Source of the DNA: Octopus sinensis | Lineage: Eukaryota | Direction of reading: 5' to 3' | Assembly (NCBI RefSeq): GCF_006345805.1 | Contig: NC_043001.1 | Span: 1,736,001 to 1,800,000, forward strand | Length of the DNA: 64,000 bases | Shown: positions 63,761 to 64,000 of the stretch, in pieces | Layout of the letters: the number at the start of each line of letters is the position of its first letter | Position numbering within the stretch: position 1 is the stretch's first letter | The notes under the pieces: model-generated | The model's input: the letters and a program-made list of their open reading frames with translations, nothing else | Told to the model about the DNA's origin: nothing | Databases searched by the model: none | Program-made: the position numbers and the translations under genes

Positions 63761-64000
63761 GATATGAACTGATACAGCAGAGGTAATGAAATAACTCCCA
63801 CTTGTTTTATATTTGGATAAACTACCTTTGAGAGAAATATTCTGATCAATTCAGACAACCCAGTATTTACTAATTACAACACTAATTAAAACACTCACAA
63901 TTAATACTAGCTCCCATGAGTCCATCAATTATTTCCCTATTAAATAACTTTCAGTTTCTAAATATGTATCTTTACATGAAGTCACCACTGGCTCCCACAT

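Overview
Repeat-dense, AT-rich eukaryotic DNA with no intact protein-coding gene. It is most likely from an octopus (coleoid cephalopod). That is an inference from the recurring tRNA-derived SINE families, the very high microsatellite load and a mollusc-type arginine kinase fragment. The window is a layered transposon deposit: RTE, Tx1/L1, R4/Dong-type, HERO-like, CR1 and Penelope-like retroelement remnants; Tc1/mariner, hAT, MITE and Helentron-type DNA element remnants; and several SINE families. The only recognisable host gene sequence is a decayed arginine kinase copy (46308-46840). Most long ORFs in the supplied track are translations of simple repeats. The most interesting signals are: (1) a canonical type I hammerhead ribozyme at 38644-38686; (2) a second minimal hammerhead inside a tRNA-headed SINE-like element at 36375-36640; (3) an RTE LINE with twin-priming 5'-inversion geometry; (4) an arginine kinase exon sandwiched between collinear parts of an R4-type LINE; (5) a PHD finger within RTE ORF2; (6) a (TC)n-flanked Tx1 element with large internal deletions; and (7) a DD36E Tc1-like transposon. 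All family calls come from motif recognition by eye, not database searches, and the boundaries of decayed elements are approximate.
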